A stretch of DNA of 64,000 bases. It comes from Piromyces finnis finn. Taxonomy: Eukaryota; Fungi; Neocallimastigomycota. The stretch covers positions 434,001 to 498,000 of the forward strand of contig MCFH01000033.1 of assembly GCA_002104945.1 (NCBI GenBank), read 5' to 3'. A program made the position numbers and the translations under genes. The first letter of the stretch is position 1. Every line of letters begins with the position of its first letter. The notes under the pieces are model-generated. The model worked only from the letters and a program-made list of their open reading frames with translations. It did no database searches and was not told where the DNA came from. Of the stretch, positions 40,201 through 50,790 are shown piece by piece.

Positions 40201-43200
40201 TTACGGATCTCCCACCTTCCCAAAAGTATACTTGCATTCTTGTAGTCACCGATAGATTAACTAAATTATGCCACTTCATTCCTTTTGAGAACATCCCTTC
40301 TGCCTCCGATACTGCTGATGCTTTCATGATCAACGTTTTTCGTCTCCATGGATTACCAAATGAAATTCTTTCGGATAGAGGTACTCAATTTACCTCTAAA
40401 TTCTGGAATTCAATTTGTAAATCTTTTGATATAAACCTAAAATTTTCTTCTTCCTACCATCACCAAACAAACGGGCTGACGGAGAGGGTAAACTCCGTTG
40501 TAGAACAATACCTAAGGTGTTACTCAAATTATAAAGGCTCTAACTGGTACAAGTTCTTACATCTTGCTGAATTTAGTTACAATAATGCCGTTCAAGAATC
40601 TACCAAAACTTCACCATTTTTTGCTAACTATGGCTATAATCCAAAACATTCTCCAATTTTACCAAGTCGTACCGAGATACCAACTGCGGATGAATTCACA
40701 AGAAATTTCAAAGAAATAATTAAAACTCTTAAAGATAACTTGAAGAAATCCATTAATCAACAAGAAAAATTCGCAAACAAACACAGAAGTAAAGCCCCTG
40801 AACTCAAGGTAAATGATAAAGTATGGATCAACAGTTCTTTAATAATGCGTAATGGTAATAAGAAGTTAAAACCTAGAAAACTTGGTCCGTACAAAATAAT
40901 TGAAAAAATTTCTCCAGTTTCTTTCAAATTGGAGTTACCAAAAGAAATTCGCATTCATCCAGTCATCCACGTTTCAGAATTGGAACCCTACCATGAAGAC
41001 AAGTTCAATAGAAAGCAACCGCCACCTCCGCCGGTTATTGTGGATAATAAGGAAGAATTTGAAGTCGAAGAGATATTGGATAAAAGAAGATATTATGGTA
41101 AAGTCCAATATCTAATTAAATGGAAAGGATACCCAATATCTGAAGCATCTTGGGAGCCAGAAACAAATTTGAATTGTCCAGAACTACTTAAGGAATTCAA
41201 CAAAAAGAAATGATTTCAACAGAAACTTTATTTTTAATTTATTTTTAATTTTAATTTAAAAAAAAAAAAATTATTTTATTGTAATTCAATTAGTATAGTT
41301 TAATTATATAGTAATTATATAGCTTAAAAAAATTATTATTGTAATAAAACATAAAATGAATCCAAAGATTCGTCTGGTATCCGAATCCTGGAGGAAGACC
41401 ATGTAACGAATCTATTAGATAATTAATATTGTCTTAATGGTTAGTATTTAAGACATTAATCTGGATCACTCGGGTTCGACTCACACCTTGATCCGAAATC
41501 TATTTTAGATTATTTATTTAACAATTTAATTTACGACTCATAGAAACTTATAGAACTTATTCGAAAAAGAATAAGTTCGAATATTCGAAAAATCAAATAT
41601 TTTTTGTAATTTTATCACGGGATTCATCTTATGCAATTTTTAATTAATTTAAAGAACAATCTAGAAAGATAATTAAAATTTTTGATTTAGCCACATCAGA
41701 TTTAGAAAAAGTATAAATAGAAGTGGTTTGAATCGAAAATTAAAAAAATTGTGTTTTTATTAACTATTAACTTTTAACTTTTAAATTTTAAAAAAAAAAA
41801 AAATATTTATTATTAAAAAATAATTTAAATAAAAAATAATTAAAAATTTTAATAAATAAAATTAATTGACTTATTGGGATCAAAATTATTATCTATATAA
41901 AGTTTATTAATTACCACATTATTAAATACTTATATAGATACGCGTTACATTATTATAGAATTTTTATTAAAGACTTTGCGAAAATTGCTAGTCCTCTACA
42001 CAAACTTACTAGGAAAAATGTTCCTTTTAATTGGGTTTCTGAGTGTCAAAATGCATTTGTTACACTTAAAAAGGCTTTTACTTCAGCTCCTATCTTAATG
42101 AACCCTGATAGCAACAAACCTTTTATTGTTGAGACTGACGCTAGTAACTTTGCTGTCGGTGCAATTCTTTCACAAGAATTTGAAGGGCAATTGCACCCTA
42201 TTGCTTTTATTTCATCTAGCTTAACCAAGTCTCAAAGGAACTATCAAATTTATGATAAAGAGTTGCTCGCTATCAAAGTGGCTCTTGAAGAATGGAGGCA
42301 TTATCTGGAAGGTGCAAAGCATCAGTTCATCATTTATACTGATCATAAGAATTTAACCTTTCCAAGAAAGCCTGAGATGCTCTCACAACGACAGATAAGA
42401 TGGTATGAATTTTTATCAAGATTTGATTTTAAGTTAATTTATAGAGCTGGAAAAAAGTCTGGTAAACCTGATTTGTTATCCAGACGTAGTGATCATATCT
42501 GTAATATTTATAATAATGATAGGATTAATGAAAATATTGAATGTAGTAATTTTAGTTGTAATTTTATTTCATGTAATGTAATTAATTCTTTTAATAAAGA
42601 TGATTCTTTAATTAATTCTATTCTATGTTCCTTAAAAAATGATGATTTATATAATAAAGTTTGTGTATTTCTTAATGATAAAAATTCTTCGTCCCCTCCG
42701 ATTAGGAATATTAATAAAGTTAAAATTGATAAAGAAGGATTTTTACTTTATGATAATTTAATTTATGTTCCTTCTTCACTAAGAACTAGGGTCTTAGAAT
42801 TACATCATGATTCTATTTCTGCTGGTCACTTTGGTGTTAATAAAACTATTGAATTAATTAGTAGAAATTTTTGGTGGCCAAAGTTTAGTTATGATGTTAA
42901 AAAGTTTATAAAGTCTTGTGAAACTTGTTGTAAAGCTAAAGCTCCAAGACATAAACCATATGGTTTGCTTTCTCCTCTTTCCACACCTAATAGAGCTTGG
43001 TCGGAATTGTCAATGGATTTTATTGTCGAGCTTCCAAAATCCAAAGACATGACCACCATTATGGTTATAGTTGATAGGTTAACAAAAATGGCTCATTTTA
43101 TTCCTTTAAGATGTTTGCCTACTGCTTCTATAGCAGCTGATGTTTTTGTTAACAATATCTTTAAATTACATGGTTTTCCTGATTCCATCATTTCTGATCG

Positions 43201-44149
43201 AGGTACTCAATTTACCTCAGACTTTTGGAATCGTTTATGTAATTTGTTAAATATTAAACTTGCTTTTTCTACTGCAAACCATCCTGAAACTGATGGTCAA
43301 ACGGAGAGGGTAAACGGGATATTGGAACAATATCTCCGTTGTTTTATTAACGAAAAACAGAATAATTGGGTTGACTTGTTACCTTTTGCTGAATTTGCTT
43401 ATAACAATACTTTACAGCAATCAATCAACCAATCTCCGTTTTTCGCTAATTATGGGTTCAATCCAAAATTTAACCCTGAAATCCCTTCAGCGAATAGACC
43501 AAATAGAGCTGAACAAAGAATTTTGGATATTAATGAAAACATTAAATTTTTAAAAGTAAATCTTGATCAAGCAAAAGAAACCTACAAAAAGTATGCTGAT
43601 CAAAAGAGAATGGAATCCCCAGATTTCGAAGTTGGTAAAAAAGTTTGGTTATTAAAAGGTATTAATCCTTCAAATAAAAATATCAAAAGAAAACTTGCTG
43701 ATCAAATGCTTGGACCTTTTGAAATAATCAAGAAGGTAAGCCCTTTAGCATTTGAATTAAAACTACCAAACAATTTACGTTGCCACCCTGTTTTTCATGT
43801 TTCGTTATTGGAACCTTATAACGAAAATGAATTTGTAAATAGATCAGTAATGAATAAAAGAAAAAATGTTAAGTTAACTACTGATACTATTGATAGGATT
43901 CCTGATAAGATTATTCAAGAAAGAAATTATCATGGAAAGAAATCTTTCTTGATGACATGGAAAAATCTTGACGAAAATACTTGGATCCCGGAAGATCAAA
44001 TTACAGATGTACAATTGATCCAAGAATTTTATAGAAAAAATAAAAAGTCTAGAAAAGAAAGTCAAGATCAAGTCTATACAAGGAATAACAATGGTATGAT
44101 CAAACATAGATATCAACCATTTGTAATTGATATTCCTTCAAAGAAATGA
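25768..44149 (+). CDS. Element C single gag-pol ORF in segments 25768-25885, 33584-36082, 41955-44149
   Basis: In frame across both TSDs (EANP|DRF; LCNY|YRIF); CCHC knuckle, LIDSGS, YIDD, TDAS, HHCC, DDE, degenerate chromodomain. Confidence 0.9.
26296..26305 (+). promoter_or_regulatory. Self-priming PBS of E (ATAAAATCTC)
   Basis: Complement GAGATTTTAT at 26117-26126, 40 nt after TATAAA (26077). Confidence 0.8.
27189..32829 (+). CDS. Element E gag-pol with C-terminal chromodomain; segments 27189-28194, 28782-28862, 29474-32829
   Basis: In frame once two inserts are removed; [54 protein letters not shown]. Confidence 0.92.
28195..28767 (-). mobile_element. SINE-like non-autonomous retroposon (tRNA-like head, LINE-like tail, A40 tail)
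   Basis: 14-bp TSD CGGTGGTCGACAAT (28181-28194, 28768-28781); T-run 28194-28233; B-box GGTTCGACCCC ~58 nt from the 5' end; tail matches the LINE at 59621-59651. Confidence 0.85.
28863..29468 (-). mobile_element. Solo LTR, C-related family, reverse orientation, inside E protease
   Basis: Minus strand begins TGTAAAGATATC and contains CGATGTAATTGTTATT; perfect TSD TCTAC. Confidence 0.9.
36630..36639 (+). promoter_or_regulatory. Self-priming PBS of F (ATAAAAACAC)
   Basis: Complement GTGTTTTTAT at 36432-36441, 39 nt after TATAAA (36393). Confidence 0.8.
36851..36922 (+). repeat. Degenerate (TTGGACTC)n tandem repeat in the F leader
   Basis: Six GGACTC units visible. Confidence 0.85.
36978..41213 (+). 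CDS. Element F uninterrupted gag-pol (1411 aa) with chromodomain
   Basis: [59 protein letters not shown]. Confidence 0.96.
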   Translation: MDEELMNHATLKDGFAGNRRFFKGFLAKIELIFMVYPERYADDEAKIVYIISRLYGEALNWAASLIHNHDECLLNYDSFVAKLKSVFGNNDSTFVANQKLRTIKQRKIGEIQKYILEFNRYSDDSSWNESAKMDAFLAGLQDQVANRILEMFPGPQTLLNLQVIASRIDSRIDTNRRFFNNNHSNSTNQNRRTEANRKPFTSRNKKTYGPLTSEEKARRIKENLCLYCGSPDHKLNNCPKRSKNEKTAGTHISNSMPEKKPRIRFSDNPHLKQPVFEFQLNTSDVSVNTKLLIDSGSQLNLIDVVFAEENNIPFDKSVSLDKISGIGGEQLVLGKSIPISIKYKNHQCKTIFYIVDLPGYCGILGAEWLHQHNPIINFVEKELSFNSNFCLSHCSVIPNVAPTYVISSISNDSKPSCSTSTNSYIHDSVTNLPKSQDSTTNTSSNQEVILPAELQAFEDVFNEKAAEQLPPHRQYDCEIRLKPDSKLFYGPIYPLTDKESMVLKEYIDENLRKGFIRPSKSPAGAPVLFVPKKNGELRLCQDYRKLNEITIRDSYPLPLINDMLEHLGKSNIFSKLDLRSAYNLVRIKEGDEFKTAFTCKYGHFEYTVMPFGLKNAPAVFQHFVNDVLEGILGIFVFSYIDDLIIFSENFKTHVIQVKEVLKRLRKAGLYAKLEKCEFFVPFIDFLGHRISSEGILMDPKKIASILEWPTPKSVKEVQAFLGLANYYRRFIAGFAEIAQPLNALLKKDVKFCFSHQCENSFSLIKSKFASSPVLAYPNRDIPFIVETDASNFAIGAILSQTNPKDKSVHPVAFFSRSLSSSERNYPIYDKELLAIVAALETWRHLLKGTTQPFKIFSDHRNLLYQKKPEKMTQRLVRWSLFLAEFNFIIVYRSGSANGKPDALSRRPDYLENFKYNNDIPNSVLRPENFCAMVLDNNPLMDKIISNSKDDKFYFEVCKYLETQIPPVPHSQIENFKIQDGVLLFNNRIYVPQDCRLEVLKICHDSPSAGHFGLKKTTSLIVRDFWWPYLSVDVKEYVRSCEICCRSKDSRHKPYGFLSPLEIAERPWSSLSMDFITDLPPSQKYTCILVVTDRLTKLCHFIPFENIPSASDTADAFMINVFRLHGLPNEILSDRGTQFTSKFWNSICKSFDINLKFSSSYHHQTNGLTERVNSVVEQYLRCYSNYKGSNWYKFLHLAEFSYNNAVQESTKTSPFFANYGYNPKHSPILPSRTEIPTADEFTRNFKEIIKTLKDNLKKSINQQEKFANKHRSKAPELKVNDKVWINSSLIMRNGNKKLKPRKLGPYKIIEKISPVSFKLELPKEIRIHPVIHVSELEPYHEDKFNRKQPPPPPVIVDNKEEFEVEEILDKRRYYGKVQYLIKWKGYPISEASWEPETNLNCPELLKEFNKKK

Positions 44150-47100
44150 TCTCGCAGGAGCTCGACTTTAAAGGGCGAGATTGTAAAGATATAATATATA
44201 TCTTTAAATTATTTAATAATTAATTAATAATTATTAAATAATAATTTTGATATTTTAATGAAAAATTATTTATTTATAAAATTTATTATATAAATTTTAA
44301 GGAATAATTAAATAAATATTAATTTTAAAATATCAAAATTGGAAATGAAATTTGGATAAATATTTAAATTAATGGATAATTAAATTTAAATATTTTAAAT
44401 ATTCAAATTAAATCTTAAAAAGTTCTTATTTAATTAAAAATAGTTTAATAACTTTAGCGTAGTTTTAAATTAGTATTTTTTAATAGTAAATATATAATAA
44501 ATAGTATTATTAATATTTAATTAATATATAGGTAATACATGGACTGTATTCAATTTGTAGTTTACTCAAATTGAATCAAAAGTGTATTTAATTAGTTTTA
44601 GTTTAGTTTTATTATTTTATTATTTAATTAAATTAGTATTAAATTAGTTTTGTTTATTTTATATTGAATATATGTATAATTAAATAGAATAGTATATTAA
44701 AATATAATTTGTAAAAAATATAAATACATGTAAAATTTCATAGTTAAACGATGTAATTGTTATTGACTATAATTTAGTTAATAACTAAATAAGAACTAAT
44801 AAAAAAGAAAAAAGAATATAAATAAATTTTGTTTTTGTTTTTAATTTTTTATTTTATTGTGTTTTTGTTTTATTGTAAAAAATTTTATAATCTGTTTTAA
44901 ATTTTAAAACTTTTACACTCTTTATTATAAAAAAGATGAATTATATCTTAAAGTTATTTATAAAGATGAAGATAAAAAAGATATTATTAGTCGTGCTCAT
45001 TCTGTTGGTCATGAAGGTGCTGAAAAGACCACAAATAGAATTTTAAAATCTTATTATTGGCCTGGTATTTGGAATGATGTTAGAATGTGGGTAAAGTCCT
45101 GTAGAAAATGTCAACTTTGTAGACCTAAGCCTTTACCTAAAAATACTGAAGATAATATAAACCCAATTGAACAACCATTTACTAGAGTCGGATTAGATAT
45201 AGTTGGTCCATTACCACTTACTAAACATGGAAATTCTTATATTATTACCCTTGTTGATTATTTCACTAAATGGGTTGAAGCTAAAGCAATTCCAAATATG
45301 AAATCAGAAGAAGTAATATACTAAAATGATGATTGATTTATATGGATCATGGGTTCATTTTGTTTCTCCTCATCACCCACAATCTAATGGTATGATTGAG
45401 AATAGAAACAAAGAAATAGGAAAAACTTTAAGACTCTTAATTGAAAATGAATCTGAATGGGATGAATATCTACCATCTGCATTATGGTCACTTAGAACTA
45501 CCAAAAATTCAAAAACAAAGTTTAGTAGTTTCGAATTATTATATGGTAGAAGAGACACATGGCCATTAGAAATAATGTTTCCTGATATTTATAAAGATCC
45601 TAATGAAACAGAAGAGGAATATATTTTTAGAAGATTTTTAAGGCATCAAAATTGGGTAAAACAAGCTACTGAATATTCTAATCATGCTAATCAATATTGG
45701 GAACATAGAATAGGTTTATCCAAAGCTTTAAAGAAGACTTATAAACCGGGTGATCATGTTATGATAAGATTAATAGGAAGAAGTAAATTAAATCCTTATT
45801 TTTATGGTCCTTATAAAGTTGTTAATAAACAAAAATTTAATACTGTCGTACTTGAAGATCCACATACAGGAAAACTACTTGATAGAAATGTACATATTAA
45901 AAATATTTTTCCTTACGTTCTACCAGAACAAAATTTAACTTCAAGGGACGAAGTTAATTCTTAAAAGGCCGAGAAATTGATAAATAATGAAATTAATAAA
46001 TATAAAATTATTATTATACCTGATTTTTAAGTTAACCCTAAAAGTAACTTAAAACAAGTTATAGTTTAATTAAGTACTTTACCAAAATTCTTAAATAAAA
46101 TTAATCCTAAACACTGCATATATTTTGATTATTGAAAGAAAATAATAAACTTTAATTAATCGAGATCAAAATATATAACTTTTGTTAAATTAATTGTTAA
46201 ATTAAATATTTAATAACTTTCGTTAGTAAATTACACTTTAAAAGTAAACAAATATAATAATTCATGTTATAAAATAATATAATTAAACACCTTTATTAAA
46301 ACATTAAAAATAATTATTACTTTAATTAATTGTAAAATAAACAACTTTTTATATTCTTTAACTTTTAATTATTTCTTTTATTGTTATTTCTAATTACTTT
46401 TATTACTTTTATTGTAAATAGTTATTAATTTTATTGTTTTAATGTAAATAGTTTAAATTTAAAAGAAAATATAAATACATGTAAATATTCTTATTTTAAT
46501 CATTATTATTATTATTAATAAAGAAATATTATATAGTTAGATTAATATTTTATAATTTTAATAATCACTTTTATACTTAAATAAATAAAATTTTAAATAT
46601 TTAAATATTAGAAAAACAAGTGTTTCTAATAAAACAATTTAGTGTTTTAACAAAACAATTTTATTAATTTTTATAAAAACGATTTTAAATCTTAATCAAT
46701 ATAACTTATATAGTTATAACAAAAGATATAATATAATAATCACTTTTTGAAGTAAAATTCAAAATTAAGATTATTATCAAATTATATCATTTTTTGATAC
46801 TCTACTCACATAAAAACATAATAAAAAACTAGCTGAATAAACACGACTTAACCCATAGTAACTTATAATAAAAAAAAACGATAATAACCCTTAAAAATGA
46901 ATGAATAATAATTTTATGAAAATATAACCCTTTTTAAATAAATAATATTCTCTTTATTATATAATAAATTCTGAGTAAAAACGACCTAATAGTGATAATA
47001 ATAAAATAAATTATTAAATAAAATAAACTATTAAATAAAATAAAACGACTTAATCCAATAATGTACTAAAATAATGAAATAATAATAAATAAATAAAAAT

Positions 47101-47930
47101 GAATAAATAAACTAAAAATAAAATGATATACATCAAATTATTAATTCTAGTGTTTATCCAAGTGTTCTTTAGAAATACTCTTAAACTTATAAATTAATAA
47201 ATAGCTAATTGAGTAATTATTACTAAAATGATAAACTTAAAAAACCTGGAAATAGAACAATAATAACAATTCTAAAGATAAAATACAGAACTCTTTTATG
47301 TTTCTGTATAAAATGAGTGTTTATAATAATTGATACTTTTAATATTTTAATTTTGTTATATTTTTATTTTAATTTTATTTTAATTTTATTTTAATATTAT
47401 TTTAATTTCAAATTTTAATTATTTTATTCAAGGTATTATACATTTAATGATAGTCAATGATAATTTATAATAATTTTTCTAAATTTAAACATTTTGAAGT
47501 AATAAGAAAATCAAATAAGTAATATTCTATAATATTTTATAATACTAAGACATAATTTTAATTTATTCTTTTAATTTTAATAAATAATAACAATAGTAAT
47601 AATAATATTTAATAGTTAAAAATAATAATATATGTAATAAATGAAAATGTATAAAAGGAAGATAAAATTCTTCTTTATAAAGGCGGACAATAAATAGAGA
47701 ATAAAAAAGGACAATAAATAAATAATAAATAAATTATAAAATATAATAAAGATTTAATTTAAAACATAATAAGAGTTTATTTTCGAGTTTTGAGTGATTT
47801 ATTTGTTAATTATAAAACATATTTTTATTTTATTTTAAATTTATTGTTTCATCATAATAATATAGAATTTATTATTTATTAAAAACATTATATTATTCAA
47901 AAATATATCAGTCAACGTATCATAAAATTT

Positions 47931-47947
47931 TGGTGGAGAATCCGGGC
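47931..47947 (+). promoter_or_regulatory. PBS of B, complementary to a tRNA-Ala 3' end; repeated at 56612-56628
   Basis: TGGTGGAGAATCCGGGC is the reverse complement of GCCCGGATTCTCCA-CCA (U70 consistent with the Ala G3:U70 identity element). Confidence 0.75.
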
Positions 47948-49332
47948 GTGACCAAAGATATGAAAAAGAATAATATTAATAATAATACTAATAAATTCTA
48001 AAATATTAAGCGTTTATAAAAAAACAGTTTACACTTAATTTAATTTTTATTATATATTCTTCTATAATAATAATAATATTAATAATAAAAAAAAAAAAAT
48101 TTTTAATTATATATATAAAAGGAAATATATATATAATTTTAAAATTATAAAAATTTTAATATTTCTAAAAAAGAGTATTTAAGAAATTAAAGACTAAGTG
48201 ATTAATATTTAGTCATATACGTTACACAAGGAAGAAAATTTCTATAATTCCTATAATCGTTTCCGTTCTTATTATTAATAAGGATAACTTAATCCATTCA
48301 GTTAGTTTGTTATATTTCTGATCTATCCAGGGGATCAGTGTGATAGTAAAAACTAGGAAAAGAGTTAATCCTTCTCAGCAGTTAATAATAAGATCATAAT
48401 TTGAATTAAATATAAAATTTTTATTTCTTAATTAAGAGAATAAATTAATTCACCAGTGCTTATTTGTAGAGGCGGCTGTTGAATGAAAAACTTCTTAGCT
48501 TAAGGCTACCTACATATTAAGCGAATAATTTATTTCAATATTCTTAATTATTGACTAAAAATTTTTTAATTTAAATTATAACAAAAAAAAAAAAAAATAG
48601 TAAGTATATATTGGTTGTTGTTATATAATAGACTGAGTTCGAAATATAGCAATAATTAAAGCAATTATTATTTAGAGAGTAAGGCGGGTACACACTCAGC
48701 AAGAGGGAGTAGGTATACTAGACAGCCTTTATTTGATTCTCAAGTAAGAGAGTAGCAAGTTCGGCTGAAAATCCTGAGTAAGGAGCAGAACTTTGGAAGT
48801 GAAAATTTATCATTTAAAGGTGGGAGTTTAGTAGGGATCCGAAAGTCTTTATAGTCACTGTGCCTCGGGTGCCTAAAAATAAATAAATAATTGTAACAAT
48901 ATATATAAACTATTATAATTGAATTAAATAAATAAAATAAATAAATAAAAAAAATATAAATATACATATTCTTCTAAATTCCTAATTGCAAAAAAAAAAA
49001 AAAAAAAAAAAAAAATTTATCCTTTCATTCTTCCTTGATCATTTAAAAATCGAGAGTTAATAAATTACATTTAAATTTATAATTAGATACTATTTCGTAA
49101 AGTTTCTATTATTTCTGACTAATAATAATAATATAATATATTTTCTATAAAATACTTCTCTGATCTGATCTCATCCAATATTAAATTTCATTTATTTATA
49201 TAATTTTTATAATTTATATAATCCATATAATATATAACTTATACAATATATATATTTCTGCTGTATTACTTATCTTTCATTCTTTTATTTTTCTTTAATA
49301 TACTTTTCAATTTCTAAATAACTTTCTTTAAT

Positions 49333-49364
<32 letters not shown>

Positions 49365-49603
49365 TATTATAAATTTTATATTATTTTATATTAATTTACT
49401 TTATCAATTTATTAATTATTTATATATTCAATTACTTTCATTTGAAATTTTATAAATATTACTAATATTATTATATTATTAAAGTTAAAACAAATATATA
49501 TAATATATAAATTCCAATTATTTTCTTTATTACCATTTATTTCAAATTAAATTATACTTTTATTTTAATTATTTTACTTTATAAGAAATTTATATATACA
49601 AAA

Positions 49604-50769
49604 ATGAAGATCAGTGAAATCACTAAAATGCTACCTAGAATTGGTAGTCAAGATAGGGATATCGAAAGCTGGGCTGAAGAATTCAGCAGAATTATGGACC
49701 TATCTGACATCAATGATCCCAAAAAGATATTCGCTTGGGCAAAGGAATGTGTCCAAGGTAGATTAAAAGGAATTATTGATGACTTAAAAACAGAAAGTGA
49801 TACTGAAACAAATTATCCTAGCCTCAAGAAAAATGCTTCAATGTTAAGTCTCTAAAAATTAGAAGAGGAGAAAGTATTAAGGATTTCAACTGGAGATACG
49901 GAAACTTATATAAAAATCTTAATGTTGGATCCCAACTATTCATTACTGTTAAAGATTATACTAATTCCATCATTTCTCGTCCTTTCTTTAGAACTCAATT
50001 AATCACTGCCCAACCTAAAGATATAGAAGCTGCTTTTAAGGTTGCCGAATTAGCTGAATCAGCAACTGAAGTTCCTCAGTATCATAATGTTAATATGTTT
50101 ACTGATAGCCAACCTTACTTTGATCCATATTAAAACCAAAATTATAATTTATTTACTCAACATAGTGGTGGAACTAACTATAATTATTTTAATAATAATG
50201 ATAGTCCATATACTTATAATGGATATTATAATAATAACTATAATAATAATAACTATAATAATAATTATGATAACAATAATAATTATAATAATTATAATAT
50301 GCGATTCAATGGAAACTATAATATGAGAAATCAACGTTTTAACAAAAGGAATAATTACAGAAATAATTACCCAAATAATTTCAATACTAATAATTATAAT
50401 AATTATAATAATAATTATAATAACTATCAAGGTGATCAAAATGCATATAATAATGGTTATAATAAATACCCTAATAATTCTAATACATTTAGTAACAATA
50501 ATTATTCCAATATGGAAGAAAATAAATCATATCAAAATTCTAATAATTATTCTAATAATGCTAATAAAATGAATACTACTACTAATAAAGTTAATCAAAC
50601 CACACCTCAAAGTCAAGTGAATATGTTTAACCAGTCTCAAAGAAATAAATGCTTCAGATGTCAAAAGGTAGGCCACAAAATGCAAGATTGCAAATATACG
50701 TTCCAAGAACTTGCAGAAATGGAAAAACAAGGCCTTATAAACTCTAATCAAAATCATTTAAACTTATGA
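49604..50769 (+). pseudogene. Element B gag, frameshifted
   Basis: Split ORFs 49604-49855 and 50299-50769; knuckle CFRCQKVGHKMQDC. Confidence 0.8.
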
Positions 50770-50790
50770 GTGGGAGAAGGAATACTCCCA
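50757..50790 (+). promoter_or_regulatory. -1 ribosomal frameshift signal of B
   Basis: T TTA AAC, 7-nt spacer, TGGGAG/CTCCCA stem; pol is in the -1 frame. Confidence 0.8.

Larger units (their letters stand above)
36083..41949 (+). mobile_element. Chromovirus F, apparently intact, inside C RT
   Basis: LTRs 36083-36629 and 41402-41949 (differ only in a poly-A length by eye); TSD TTATT; PPT GGAGGAAGACCA. Confidence 0.97.
24640..44917 (+). mobile_element. Ty3/gypsy chromovirus-like element C, inside D between RNase H and IN
   Basis: 736-bp LTRs 24640-25375 and 44182-44917 (2 substitutions seen); perfect TSD CTCTT; PPT AAAGGGCGAGAT. Confidence 0.95.
21123..45964 (+). pseudogene. Element D pol in three segments: 21123-22758, 23552-24639, 44923-45964
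   Basis: PR LYDTGAN, RT YIDD, RNase H TDAS..TDHKPL, IN HSVGH..CRKC, LDIVGP; a deletion and frameshift at ~45320 remove the ITDNG catalytic Asp. Confidence 0.9.
17377..46789 (+). mobile_element. Ty3/gypsy LTR retrotransposon D (tRNA-primed, no chromodomain), host of the nest
   Basis: LTRs 17377-18184 and 45978-46789 (TGATA..TATCA, a few differences); PBS; PPT AAAAGGCCGAGAAAT; flanks CATTT/TTTTT (4/5 match); pol is continuous across the TSDs of the nested inserts. Confidence 0.93.

Noticed and set aside
26410-48880. Group I/II intron or RNase P/MRP identity for the leader islands (GATTATAGACC in E, GAAAGTC in B)
   Set aside because: No P7 pairing, no domain V and no matching CR-V element found
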